Source: Promethearchaeota archaeon (GTDB lineage Archaea; Asgardarchaeota; Lokiarchaeia; Sigyniarchaeales; SOKP01). Taken from it: a DNA stretch of 64,000 nt. The stretch lies in assembly GCA_048937405.1 (NCBI GenBank), contig JBHLNF010000001.1, forward strand, positions 987,114 to 1,051,113, in the 5' to 3' direction. The notes below the pieces were generated by a model that saw only the letters and a list, made by a program, of their open reading frames with translations, searched no databases and was not told the DNA's origin. This document shows, in pieces, positions 19,524-29,949 of the stretch (within the stretch, counting starts at the first letter, position 1; each line of letters begins with the position of its first letter). A program made the position numbers and the translations under genes.

Positions 19524-21422
19524 TTGTTTATTTTTAAAAAAATGGTAATATCTTTAAACTCACAAAAAAAAGGATATAAACAAATATTATCATTAATTAT
19601 AAGTATTTTAATATTTCAAGCGATTTTTCCTTATATAAAGGCAGACATTCTGAGCGATGGACCTTTAGAGATATCAACACCCCAAAATTCTTTTAACGTC
19701 TTTATAGGTAGTAGTATTACTATAACTTGGAGTTTTGAGGTTCCCTCTCATGAATATGCGGTATATTGGGAAATAATTGGAAATGGTGTCAATAAAAGTG
19801 GGTGGGGTCTAACTGCAAATTGTACAACGCCGGTTGTAACTTCTGATGGTAGTGTGTGGACTTATAATTGTAGTGGATATTATGCAAAATTTCATGTGTG
19901 GTGTACCGTATCTGTCATAGGTCAAGAAATAGTGAGTGGTAGAGAGAACGACGGAATTGATGGTATTTACTCTCAGAAAGTTAATTCTAATGGTGTAACC
20001 CGCTGGACTGCGGATGGTAAAGCCATCTGTAGGGCAAGTGGAGACCAAAAAAATCCCCAAATTGTCAGTGATGGAGTTGGAGGAGCAATTATTACTTGGG
20101 AGGAATCTGATATTTATGCCCAAAAGATAAATTCTAATGGTGAAATCCAATGGACTAAAAATGGTGTAGAAATTTGCACATCAAATGGTAATCAAAATTC
20201 ACCCCAACTAATTAGTGATGGAGCGGGAGGAGCAATTATTACTTGGACGGATAATAGAGACGGAACTAATGATATTTACGCTCAGATGGTTAATTCTACC
20301 GGTGATATTCAATGGACTAAAAATGGTGTAGAAATTTGCTCATCAAATGGTAATCAAAATTCACCCCAAATTATCAGTGATGGAACAGAGGGAGCAATTA
20401 TTACTTGGACGGATAATAGAGGTGGAACTAATGATATTTACGCTCAAAGAATTAACTCTACCGGTGATATCCAATGGACTCCTAACGGTATCGCAATCTG
20501 CACGGCAAATAGTAATCAAAATTCTCCTCAACTAGTTAGTGATGGAGCAGGAGGAGCAATTATAACTTGGCAAGATAAAAGAAATGGAACATATTATGAT
20601 ATTTACGCTCAGATGGTTAATTCTAATGGTGATATCCAATGGACTACTCCTAACGGTACCGCAATCTGTACGGAAAAAAATAATCAAGAAAGACCTCAAA
20701 TAGTAAATATTAGTGCAGGTGGTGCAATTATAACTTGGCAAGATAAAAGAAATGGAACATATTATGATATTTACGCTCAGATGGTTAATTCTAATGGTGA
20801 TATCCAATGGACTCCTAACGGTACTGCTATATGCACAGCAATTAGAGACCAAATATCCCCTCAACTTGTTAGTAATGAAACAGGAGGAGTAATTATTACA
20901 TGGTCTGATTATAAATCAGGTAATTGGGATATCTATGCTCAGAGAATTAACTCTAGCAGCGATATCCAATGGAGTCCCAATGGTACGGCAATCTGCACGG
21001 CAAATAGTAGTCAAATATCCCCTCAAATTGTCAGTGATGGAGCAGGAGGAGCAATGGTCATATGGGAGGATTATAGATACAATGATTATGATATCTATAT
21101 TCAAAAAATCAATCTTAACGGTGTAATTCAATGGAATACCAATGGTCTCGCAATCTGCACAGAAACTGGAGACCAAATTTCCCCTCAACTTGTCAATGAT
21201 GGATCAGGTGGTGTAATTACTACTTGGGATGATGGAAGAAGCGAAGAAGAGCCAGAACCAGAGCCAGAACCAGAGCCTGAGCCAGAACCAGAACCAGAAA
21301 AAAAACCATATTACCCGGGATTTCCTCCTTATGTTATTTTAATTGTATTTTCATTAAGTGTGGTTGTAAGTGTTATCATATTCCATAAAAAGCTTAAAAG
21401 ACTAAAATCAAAAAAAAATTAA
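19524..21422 (+). CDS. Secreted surface protein: N-terminal beta domain, 8 tandem ~56-aa repeats, (EP)n linker, PGF-TM-basic tail
   Basis: Signal peptide; repeat DIYAQxINSxGxIQW; C-terminus YYPGFPPYVILIVFSLSVVVSVIIFHKKLKRLK. Confidence 0.85.
   Translation: MFIFKKMVISLNSQKKGYKQILSLIISILIFQAIFPYIKADILSDGPLEISTPQNSFNVFIGSSITITWSFEVPSHEYAVYWEIIGNGVNKSGWGLTANCTTPVVTSDGSVWTYNCSGYYAKFHVWCTVSVIGQEIVSGRENDGIDGIYSQKVNSNGVTRWTADGKAICRASGDQKNPQIVSDGVGGAIITWEESDIYAQKINSNGEIQWTKNGVEICTSNGNQNSPQLISDGAGGAIITWTDNRDGTNDIYAQMVNSTGDIQWTKNGVEICSSNGNQNSPQIISDGTEGAIITWTDNRGGTNDIYAQRINSTGDIQWTPNGIAICTANSNQNSPQLVSDGAGGAIITWQDKRNGTYYDIYAQMVNSNGDIQWTTPNGTAICTEKNNQERPQIVNISAGGAIITWQDKRNGTYYDIYAQMVNSNGDIQWTPNGTAICTAIRDQISPQLVSNETGGVIITWSDYKSGNWDIYAQRINSSSDIQWSPNGTAICTANSSQISPQIVSDGAGGAMVIWEDYRYNDYDIYIQKINLNGVIQWNTNGLAICTETGDQISPQLVNDGSGGVITTWDDGRSEEEPEPEPEPEPEPEPEPEKKPYYPGFPPYVILIVFSLSVVVSVIIFHKKLKRLKSKKN
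19957..21240 (+). repeat. Intragenic tandem repeats of about 165-168 bp (8 units)
   Basis: For example 20556-20645 is identical to 20724-20813. Confidence 0.9.
21249..21296 (+). repeat. (GARCCW)8 microsatellite encoding an EP linker
   Basis: gagccagaaccagagccagaacca... Confidence 0.9.
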
Positions 21423-21425
21423 TTC

Positions 21426-21965
21426 ATGCTGATAGAAATGGTTAATTCAGTAAATTATAAGCATAAACGAACTAGAATAAGTCTACTTTTTATTATGGCA
21501 TTATTATTTGGCCAAGTCTTTACTCCTCAAGTTAAAGCTGATGACGAAGATGGACCTCTTAAGATTAGTAATGAAGGCTGGATTCAAATACAAGTCAATA
21601 CAAGTACTACACTTTTTTGGCAGTTTCAAGTTAATACTAATGAACTTGCGATATACTGGGAAATATTAGGAGATGTTTTTCTTGAATATGGATGGGGACC
21701 CGATGCAAATTGTACAACGCCTATTTTAAATGAAACAGGTAAAAATTATGAATACACATGTCATGGTTATTATGCAAAATATCATGTATATAGCACAATT
21801 ATAGTTACATGCACAGCACCAGGTCAAAGCAATGGAAACGGAAATGGAAATAACAGTATTGATCCTATGATTTTTTATATTGGTATTCCTGTTGCTTCTG
21901 TCGCTGTAATCGCTTTAGGTGTTGTCTTCTATTTGAGACATAAAAAGAAAAAAGCTTTCTTTTAA
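21426..21965 (+). CDS. Secreted, C-terminally anchored protein; paralogue of the N-terminal domain of 19524-21422
   Basis: Shared DGPL.IS, YWEI.G, GWG..ANCTTP, Y.C.GYYAK.HV; TM followed by RHKKKK. Confidence 0.85.
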   Translation: MLIEMVNSVNYKHKRTRISLLFIMALLFGQVFTPQVKADDEDGPLKISNEGWIQIQVNTSTTLFWQFQVNTNELAIYWEILGDVFLEYGWGPDANCTTPILNETGKNYEYTCHGYYAKYHVYSTIIVTCTAPGQSNGNGNGNNSIDPMIFYIGIPVASVAVIALGVVFYLRHKKKKAFF

Positions 21966-22002
21966 ATCTGTTAAACAATAAATTCTTTTTAGCTTGGATT
22001 CA

Positions 22003-22626
22003 ATGATCAATAAAAATTCTAAACCAATTCTTCGATTTAATGGAAAAAAATATATTTTTTCTTTAAAGGCTATGATTTTGTTTTTAATTGGTGGACCTTT
22101 TCTCTCTTTTCTTATATAAGTGTTTTTGGGCATGAAATTCAATTTTTGGATTCAAGAAATTATTACTAAACAAGTTGCTTTTTTATTAACAAACATATTT
22201 AATATTAATTCAATCGCCTTATCTAATCCAAATGTGAACAGATACTAGTAAATTTTTATCCATCAAAACAATACTTATATTTCAATAGGACCCATGTGTG
22301 CTGCTGTACACATTTTTAGTATTTATATCGTACTAATAATTTTCATTCCTCATTCTCAAGATCCTAGTGAAAAAGAAGATATTATTTGGAGAAAATCAAA
22401 AATTCTAATTATATCAATTGGAATAATCTATATTCTGAATTTACTTCGAATCTCTTTAGCTATCAGTTTTCTTTGTAGTGGATCTTCTTCAAACTTTATC
22501 CATAATCTCTTAAATTATTTTTCTGGGTGTATAGCAGCATTGATTTCTATTATTTTTATCTATAAATGGATTCCTGAGTTTTTTATTTCAATTTATTATT
22601 TATATCCTTTATTTACAAGTAATTAA
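22003..22626 (+). pseudogene. Archaeosortase/exosortase-family protein with three in-frame stops
   Basis: One frame from ATG 22003 with TAA 22117, TAG 22246, TAA 22249; Cys (MCAAV), Arg (NLLRI) and His (FIHN) triad in a hydrophobic context. Confidence 0.75.
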
Positions 22627-22773
22627 TAAGCTGAATATGTTTTATCAATTTTTTTTAATAGAATCAACCTTTTTGATAATAAAAAAACCTAGTTGTACGT
22701 TTTAATTTTCTATAATTCAAAAGACAAAGTTGATAGAATATTTCTGCTAGATTTAAAAAAGAAAAAACTAGGA

Positions 22774-24225
22774 TTACTTTCTAACAATTTCTTGATGTAA
22801 CTTATCAATAAACTCAGAAAAATTAACTTTAGAAAACTTGGTATTCAATAATGGGGTTAAGAGAACAGGAATAAACTTCTCGTCTTCATAGACAGGGATG
22901 ATTTTGAACAATCCTTTTTTTCTTAATTGAAATGCTGCCTGCCATTCATCAGAAACAGCTTTAGATTTAAAACTATTTTCAGAGCAAAAAAGTATGAACA
23001 CGTTGCATTTTTCAAGTGTTTTTTCCATATATTCTACTATATTTTCTCCACTATTTTCCTCCCAATAAAAAACCTCATTAATGTCTGGATAGGTCTCTAA
23101 AGATTTAGCAACATCATTAATTTGAAAGTATGGAGAGTCTAAAGTAGAATAGCTTAGAAAGATGTTCAAATCTTTTTTTTTACCTAATTTTACTTTTTTT
23201 CCAAGCTTTTTTAGAGGAATAGGACTTATATCTAAGGGCTGAACCTCATCCTTCAAAAAAATAATTGAATCTTTTTTTATTTGGGCATTAAGTTGTTTAG
23301 TGAAAATCATTTCTTCAAGTAAAACTCTGAGTTCTTTTAAATCGATCTCAACTTTGGACTGGATATCCTCAAATGATAACTCTTCATAAACTGAAGTTAA
23401 TTTTTTAATGTTAGTAATGAATTCCTTTTTTTTATTTTCTTTTTCCCTACTATAATTGACTATCTCTTGTCCTTTTTGATCATAATAACGAGATCCAAAC
23501 TTTTTTTTAATCATTTTTTCAGCAGGATTCTTAAATAGACCTAATTGACTTAAATTACTTAAATGAGAGAGTCCTGAAATTTCAATAATCTTATTTGCTG
23601 TAAAGTTAAGAAATTGTAAATTCTTTAAAGTTTCTAAACCTTCAATTTGACTCAATTTATTATAGGAGAGATCTAATTTTTTTAAACTTAGAAGTTTTTC
23701 TAAGCCCTCTATTTTTGAAATTGAGTTTTTTGATAAATCCAAAATTTCTAAATTAGTTAAATAATCTAAACCATCAATTGCTACAATACTATTTTCACTT
23801 AAGTATAATTCATTCAAAATCGGTAAATTATCTAATCCAGTTATTTCATGGATGACGTTATTCTGCAATTTTAATAATCTTAAGTTAATAAGCTTGTCTA
23901 AACCTTCAATTTCAATTATCATATTGTTATTTAGGTTTAAGATTTGCAAATTTAATAGAGTATTAAGTCCGCTTACTTTTTTTATCAGATTATTTTGGAG
24001 GTTAAGAGCTTTTAAATTATATAAATTTTCAAGGCCCCTCATATCGCTAATTTGATTGTAAGATAAATCTAAAACCTCTAAATTCTTTAATTTCTCAAGT
24101 TCAATTATTTCTTCAATATTATGAATTTTTTTCTGACTAATTCTAAGTGTAGTTACTTTTCTGTTAAAAAAGTCTATATAATTCTTTTCCATTAGAAAGG
24201 TCTTATTTTTATATCTTACTGACAT
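22774..24225 (-). CDS. LRR - PCI-like winged helix - TIR domain protein
   Basis: About 9 SDS22-type LxxLxLxxNxIxxIxGL repeats; VYEELSFEDI...LEEMIF..QLNAQI; IFLSYS...FILFCS..SFKSKAVSDEW...IIPV. Confidence 0.88.
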   Translation of the reverse strand: MSVRYKNKTFLMEKNYIDFFNRKVTTLRISQKKIHNIEEIIELEKLKNLEVLDLSYNQISDMRGLENLYNLKALNLQNNLIKKVSGLNTLLNLQILNLNNNMIIEIEGLDKLINLRLLKLQNNVIHEITGLDNLPILNELYLSENSIVAIDGLDYLTNLEILDLSKNSISKIEGLEKLLSLKKLDLSYNKLSQIEGLETLKNLQFLNFTANKIIEISGLSHLSNLSQLGLFKNPAEKMIKKKFGSRYYDQKGQEIVNYSREKENKKKEFITNIKKLTSVYEELSFEDIQSKVEIDLKELRVLLEEMIFTKQLNAQIKKDSIIFLKDEVQPLDISPIPLKKLGKKVKLGKKKDLNIFLSYSTLDSPYFQINDVAKSLETYPDINEVFYWEENSGENIVEYMEKTLEKCNVFILFCSENSFKSKAVSDEWQAAFQLRKKGLFKIIPVYEDEKFIPVLLTPLLNTKFSKVNFSEFIDKLHQEIVRK

Positions 24226-24416
24226 TAGAGCCCTTGTTTTTTCAATGTCTTAAACTAGAATAATTAGAATTTCTTTATTATTTACTATAAAAACCTTATT
24301 ATATTTATAATATTACAAAATTCTATTAGAAAAGAAAAAAATAAGAATATTCTAATTATTTTTTTTAGTTTATTAGTGAATTTTTTTAATTCATGAGTCT
24401 GCTGACATTTCAAAAT

Positions 24417-24821
24417 TTAGGGTCCAAAAAAGTCAGATGGCTTAAGTATATGTTGATTTTCTTCTTTCTCCTTTTTCACCTTTTTGGAAGGATCAACCCA
24501 CTCTTCTTCAGAACTTGATGTCTTAACACCTTCAGGTGGTTTCAAGTTAGCTACTGCGGATATAACCTCTGGTTGTTGGGTAAATGATACTGGTTGGGTA
24601 GTAGATAAACTAATTCCCCCTGCTTTTAATTCATTCAATACTTCTTCTAATTTCATCGTATGTTTACTTTTATTCAAAGCATTCATGATCTCAACCAGCA
24701 TCTTCTTGAGAGTGTTGATTTGTTTATCTTTAATTTTTAAAGCGTCATTAAAAGCTTCAAGTATTCTCTCATAATCCAGATTAATCTGCTCTTCAAAATA
24801 TTCGATTTCCTCTTCCCTCAG
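24417..24821 (-). CDS. Hypothetical coiled-coil protein with low-complexity tail
   Basis: Tracked ORF 24417-24701 continues upstream in frame with protein-like sequence (REEEIEYFEEQINLDYERILEAF); possible CTG start at 24821. Confidence 0.55.
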   Translation of the reverse strand: MREEEIEYFEEQINLDYERILEAFNDALKIKDKQINTLKKMLVEIMNALNKSKHTMKLEEVLNELKAGGISLSTTQPVSFTQQPEVISAVANLKPPEGVKTSSSEEEWVDPSKKVKKEKEENQHILKPSDFFGP

Positions 24822-24897
24822 AATTATTAAAGACCAAGCAAAATATCAACAGAAAGCAAAAAGACAGAGAGAAAAATAATTCTAATCAATTCTTTTT

Positions 24898-25146
24898 TCA
24901 TTTAATATATTTTACTAAGAATTCCTTAATTCTTTTCAGAAGGAGATCATGGGTCTCTGGATTATCATAATCCCCTCTATTTAACAGTCCTTCCTCTTTC
25001 GCAATTATATGAAGCCACAGAGATGCCAAAATGTGAAAAGTAGAACGGTAAAATCCCATGGTATGTGCTGCTTCTTTAATTCTGCCAAAAATCTGCTGAA
25101 TGAATTCCTTTCGTATTTCTTTTATCTCATCACTTAATGCAGTCAT
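24898..25146 (-). CDS. Hypothetical protein
   Basis: 82-aa ATG ORF with plausible composition. Confidence 0.6.
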   Translation of the reverse strand: MTALSDEIKEIRKEFIQQIFGRIKEAAHTMGFYRSTFHILASLWLHIIAKEEGLLNRGDYDNPETHDLLLKRIKEFLVKYIK

Positions 25147-25236
25147 GGTTATAGAGGAGATATAGGGTTTAATGATTAAAGAAGAACAGAGAAACGGTTA
25201 AGTGAACTATTGATGGATTTTTATAAGCAGAGCAAA

Positions 25237-25725
25237 TCAAATATTCTGGATTTCAGCACCGCAATTGACACAGAATTTCTGATGTTGATCTGAGAGTTTA
25301 TTCCCACATTCAGGACAGAATCTTTGTTGGGTTGAAATTGTATTTATAGGAGGGGTGGATAGTACTCTTTGAGGTTCAATTGTTTTTGCTTTAAAAATTG
25401 TACTCCACTTTCTTTTTAGGTTTGTGCCGAAAATAATTAGAAATATAGGAATAAGTTCCGCTATTATACTCCCAATAATAAAAGCTACTACTCTTAAGGG
25501 TCTTACAGGACCATAAGGATCATAAATGAAAGAACTAAACAAAAAGATATATAACGAGACGATAATTACCCCAAGAATTCCTATTACACGCATTACCGAC
25601 CCCTTTCTCATTTTACTATCTTTAAGATCTCTAAAACAATCATAACAAAACGAGAAAAAATTCATTTGTTCATCTTGACTAAGTGGTCTCCCGCATATTT
25701 CGCATCTTACTTGAGTAGTAGACAT
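25237..25725 (-). CDS. Membrane protein with N- and C-terminal zinc ribbons
   Basis: CEIC..CYDC, two TM helices, FCPECG..FCVNCG. Confidence 0.8.
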   Translation of the reverse strand: MSTTQVRCEICGRPLSQDEQMNFFSFCYDCFRDLKDSKMRKGSVMRVIGILGVIIVSLYIFLFSSFIYDPYGPVRPLRVVAFIIGSIIAELIPIFLIIFGTNLKRKWSTIFKAKTIEPQRVLSTPPINTISTQQRFCPECGNKLSDQHQKFCVNCGAEIQNI

Positions 25726-25787
25726 TATTAATTCAGGATTTTCACTACTATTACCTTATTATAATGTGAACGCTTATATAATCTTTT

Positions 25788-26075
25788 CTATAAGAAACTC
25801 ATCTCTGGTATCAAGCTTTTTTGGATTAAATGGATCCATTGTCGTCGTTCAATATCGGGTGTAATGACTTCTTGTATTCTATATCTTATAATCTCTATGA
25901 TATCGCATTTTGGTATGGAACGGGAATCCTTATTTATGAATTGGATGAAATTATTCTCATCGGCAAAAAAGTCTGAGATATCTTCCTCATTTAAAAACCC
26001 AATTTCTGTCCTTATGGATCCGGCATGACCATATCGAAACTTGACTTTGCATAAGACGATATTTATATCTTCCAT
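25788..26075 (-). CDS. Hypothetical protein
   Basis: 95-aa ATG ORF, no recognised motif. Confidence 0.55.
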   Translation of the reverse strand: MEDINIVLCKVKFRYGHAGSIRTEIGFLNEEDISDFFADENNFIQFINKDSRSIPKCDIIEIIRYRIQEVITPDIERRQWIHLIQKSLIPEMSFL

Positions 26076-26617
26076 AGAATTATTGGGGAATGAGTATATA
26101 AAAAAAAAAAAGAGGGCTTTAAATACCTCCCGAACAAAGATAAGTCAATAGTTTGATCACTATTTTTAAGAAAAGAGAACTCACATTTTTGCTTAATATC
26201 TACCCTTTTCTTTTTCTCTTTTCAAAAATGATGGTACTATTATCGAAATTCCAACGTATTCTCTATCTAAGCTCTCGAAAGGGAATTTTTATGCTGAATA
26301 TTTTCTCGACAATACTAATGGTAAAGATCAACTTAAGGAAATAGTGCATATATCAATGTTATATGGCTTTCGAGTTGAAATTGAGGAGAATGATAAAGGA
26401 TATTTTTTAAGGATCTACGGTGATTCTCAGCAAGAGGTTGACGACTTTACAAACCGTATAGAGCAAAATTTTGATATCTCTCCTTATATATGAGACTCTA
26501 AGAAGAAATCAATTCATTTTATAAGAAAGTAAAAAAATAATATAAATTTCCTATACATCTATTTTAAGATTCTTTCTATTTCATTTCTTAGTATTCAGTT
26601 AGACTCCTCTACCAGAA

Positions 26618-28873
26618 TTACTTGATAGGTCTTGAATTTGCCTGGAATATCGGTCCGATGAATTGTGAATACAAACGACTGTAACCTTCTTGATTAGAAA
26701 CAACAGCAATCATTTCTGCTTCATTATCTGTTGCTGGAGCCAAAATTACCTCCTCAGCATCCCGAGTAACGGCGAAAAATTCTCCAGCTGTTTGCAATTG
26801 TCGGAATTGTATATTTCCGAGCTGCTTCATCTTTGATATGATCCCGCTAAATTTTTGCAAATCCCAATGTGATGTAAGCATGAACCTTACTGCTTTCTTC
26901 TGGAAAGCGTATTCCGAAACAACTTGTAATATATCAGGAACAACATAAGGAGTAACTATGATAATTGATGATTTTACACGATATATAGCATCTTTAATAG
27001 CAGCAACCATGGCATCTTTTCCAACTACAGGCCAGGTGGTTACTTTGGCTATTTCTGGAATTGAATTAGAGGCATTATGAATATCATTTAATTTTTCCTC
27101 ATTAGTCTCTGCTAATTCAGTCCCATCATCAATAGAGTTCATAAATTGTAATGTAAAATCGGCGATTGCATCTTTTACATTTTGAATGGTGTCTCTTGTG
27201 GTATTCGATAGACTATTTTGAAGCGTCTTTGCGTTTTGTTCATACTTGGATTTGTGATCAACAAGCATATCACTCAAATTTGTATTCATATCTTTAGCTT
27301 CAGTATCCCATAATCTGATTTCCCCATCGATTTTATCTGAACAATCTCGTTTACCATTAGCAAAATTCATATCAACATCTCTATTCCAATCTGCATTTAA
27401 TTTTTTAACTTCAACATCAAAATCAGAGTAATTTTTTAAGGAATTTTCCTTATGCGTGTTTATTGCATCATCATATTGTCTTTGATGCGTTTTGAGTGAG
27501 TTTTCTAAGGAATCTTTTAATTTTATATTGGTATCAGAACAATCTTTTACACCACTTTGCAAAGTATCATCCACTTCACCAGATAGATCGGTAGCCAGAG
27601 TTGATAATTGAGCATCAACAGTTTCTTGAGCACGGTAATCAAGATCGTTAGTTTCTGTAGCAAGACCTTCATTTTCTTTGACCATTATATCTGTTACGTC
27701 AGATTTAATTTGATCTGTGGTTCCTCGAGTATCAGCAATATAATCATCGCATGTTTTAATAAAATCTGGTTTCATTGGTTCACTATATTTTAAGACGTTT
27801 TCGATTGTAGTCTGATGTCTTGCTTTATACTTTTTCTTTTTTCCCATCCAGAAAAATCCTTTTTTTGCCATGTCTTCACTAAAATCAGTGAATCTATTTG
27901 CGTGTTCAAGTAAATTATCAATTAAGGTTAGAGTCATACTTTTAAAATCATTTGTTTGATCTGTTAATGTTCTATGCCTATCATCAACCATGGCTTTTAA
28001 ATTTACTTGTAGAGTATCTGTAGTATTTTTCAAATGATTCATATGTTCTTTCAATAAATTTGAAATTTTAGCTTTTAAATCAGTAATAACTTTATCCATA
28101 CGTTCCAAATATTTCTCCAATATTTGTTCCATTTTAGGTTTAAGTTGGTTTGCTGTATTTTTATGTCTTTCAATATGCTCATCCAATTCCATCTTTAATT
28201 CTTTTTCCAAATTTTCGACCCTAGTAGAAAAATCAAGTAATAATTTTGAAATTAATGAAGTCAGGTCATCTTTAGTTTTATTAACTTCTGCTTCATTTTT
28301 GCTAACAATTGAATCTGAAATTTTCTTTAGATCTGAATTTAAATTATCCATAATGGAATGTAAATTCGACTCTAATGTTTTGGAAGTTTCAGTAAACCGA
28401 TTAGTAGCATTATCAATCCGTTTTTTTTTATTATTATTTTTGGAATCAGAATCTTCAAAAAAAGCAGTAATTTGAGTATCAACAGCATTTTCTACTTCTC
28501 CAATACTTTTATCTTGAATTGCTTCAAGTTTTTCAAAACGATCTGATTGATCACCCAAAATTGTATCCTTTATTTTCGCAATCTCATTTCTAAATTTTTC
28601 TGATTCATTGATGAATAGCTCAAAATATGGTTGAAGAGGTATGTATCTCTCAATAATTCCCTCAATCTTTTTAAGAAAACCTTTGTCAACTAACCAATTA
28701 GTAATTTCTAATACTGTTTCATATGATAAATCTTCATGATCCTCAACAAGAGTCATATATACTTCAGAGGTAGTTGCTCTAGGAACTCTTAAATAAACCA
28801 AATAAATATTAATATGATCCTCAGTAAAACCATATCGCGTGAATACTTCTTTAGTGAAATCTTTTAACGACAT
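26618..28873 (-). CDS. TrmB-like wHTH / long helical region / PLD-fold C-terminal domain protein
   Basis: N-terminal YGFTEDHINIYLVYL...LVDKGFL...YIPLQP; about 500 aa of amphipathic helix; C-terminal VKSSIIIVTP...RDAEEVILAP. Confidence 0.7.
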   Translation of the reverse strand: MSLKDFTKEVFTRYGFTEDHINIYLVYLRVPRATTSEVYMTLVEDHEDLSYETVLEITNWLVDKGFLKKIEGIIERYIPLQPYFELFINESEKFRNEIAKIKDTILGDQSDRFEKLEAIQDKSIGEVENAVDTQITAFFEDSDSKNNNKKKRIDNATNRFTETSKTLESNLHSIMDNLNSDLKKISDSIVSKNEAEVNKTKDDLTSLISKLLLDFSTRVENLEKELKMELDEHIERHKNTANQLKPKMEQILEKYLERMDKVITDLKAKISNLLKEHMNHLKNTTDTLQVNLKAMVDDRHRTLTDQTNDFKSMTLTLIDNLLEHANRFTDFSEDMAKKGFFWMGKKKKYKARHQTTIENVLKYSEPMKPDFIKTCDDYIADTRGTTDQIKSDVTDIMVKENEGLATETNDLDYRAQETVDAQLSTLATDLSGEVDDTLQSGVKDCSDTNIKLKDSLENSLKTHQRQYDDAINTHKENSLKNYSDFDVEVKKLNADWNRDVDMNFANGKRDCSDKIDGEIRLWDTEAKDMNTNLSDMLVDHKSKYEQNAKTLQNSLSNTTRDTIQNVKDAIADFTLQFMNSIDDGTELAETNEEKLNDIHNASNSIPEIAKVTTWPVVGKDAMVAAIKDAIYRVKSSIIIVTPYVVPDILQVVSEYAFQKKAVRFMLTSHWDLQKFSGIISKMKQLGNIQFRQLQTAGEFFAVTRDAEEVILAPATDNEAEMIAVVSNQEGYSRLYSQFIGPIFQANSRPIK

Positions 28874-29197
28874 AAATTTATCTCCATCGTTATAATAAAT
28901 ATTTTTGTAAAATTCAAATTAAAATAAATTTAAGATGAATTCCTTATTAATATTTTAATCAGAAAAAGTTTAATAATATTTTCAAAATTCTGATATTAAA
29001 ATTTAAGGTTCAAGGAAATCTCTTTAATTAAGAATAAATGGAATTTAACATATGATTAGATTCTATTTTTATAATAATTAACACTTTTAAGCCAGTTTTA
29101 TTAAAATTCATTACTTTATTTGGGAAATTTTATTCCTCAATGCTTTTTATATCACTCTCGTTTATTATCTTAAACCAAATTAGGTGTTAAAATAAGA

Positions 29198-29911
29198 ATG
29201 AAAAAAAATAGTAAAATTCTCATTGGAATTTTTGCTTTCGCAATTTTATTAACAATATTCAACATCAATACTGTATTAGCACAACCAGAAGACACACCAA
29301 TTCCAGTAAATCAATCAGGAATATATCCCTATCGGGTACAAGCACAAAATCAGACTGCATATCAATTTCAAAATAAATCAAGGTTAACACTGAAATCAAA
29401 TGTAACAATTGAAGGGTATTTGAACTGTGATAATCTCCCTCAAAATGGAGATAAACAATTTGAACTTGAGCTTGAAGCGGAGAAAGACCTTCAAATGAAT
29501 ATGACATGTACTAGAGAAGAAGAACAATTAGGATTACAATTAGGCCATACCTATCGTGTCAGAAATAGAAATCAGAATTTATCATACCAAGAAGGATTTT
29601 GTATTAGAATTCAAACTAATAAATCTGAACAAGAACAAATTCAAGCAAAACTCAAGATTCAAGCAAATGATGAAAATCAAGGTGGAACATGGGCATTTTA
29701 TAATGAAACTCAAGGAGGATGGGAATCCGTACCAACTACTTTACAAGGGGGCTATTTAGTTTGTGAAACAAACCACTTTTCTTATTGGACAATACTTATA
29801 CCTGATGCTACAACTGACGATTCAATTCCAGCTTTCACAGGAGTAGGTTTAGTTATAGTAGTATCAGTTATTGCTGTGGTATTAATTGTATATCTTAACA
29901 AAAGAAAGTAA
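29198..29911 (+). CDS. Secreted, C-terminally anchored protein with juxtamembrane HFS motif
   Basis: Signal peptide; WAFYNE...WESVPT...LVCETNHFSYWTIL; IPAF-TM-KRK tail. Confidence 0.8.
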   Translation: MKKNSKILIGIFAFAILLTIFNINTVLAQPEDTPIPVNQSGIYPYRVQAQNQTAYQFQNKSRLTLKSNVTIEGYLNCDNLPQNGDKQFELELEAEKDLQMNMTCTREEEQLGLQLGHTYRVRNRNQNLSYQEGFCIRIQTNKSEQEQIQAKLKIQANDENQGGTWAFYNETQGGWESVPTTLQGGYLVCETNHFSYWTILIPDATTDDSIPAFTGVGLVIVVSVIAVVLIVYLNKRK

Positions 29912-29949
29912 AATAAATCAATAATTTTTTTTTTTTTGTAATTTATATA

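Noticed and set aside
22117-22251. In-frame stops as possible recoding (pyrrolysine or selenocysteine)
   Set aside because: Two of the three are TAA and two are adjacent; TAA and TAG end normal genes here; no in-frame TGA candidate was seen
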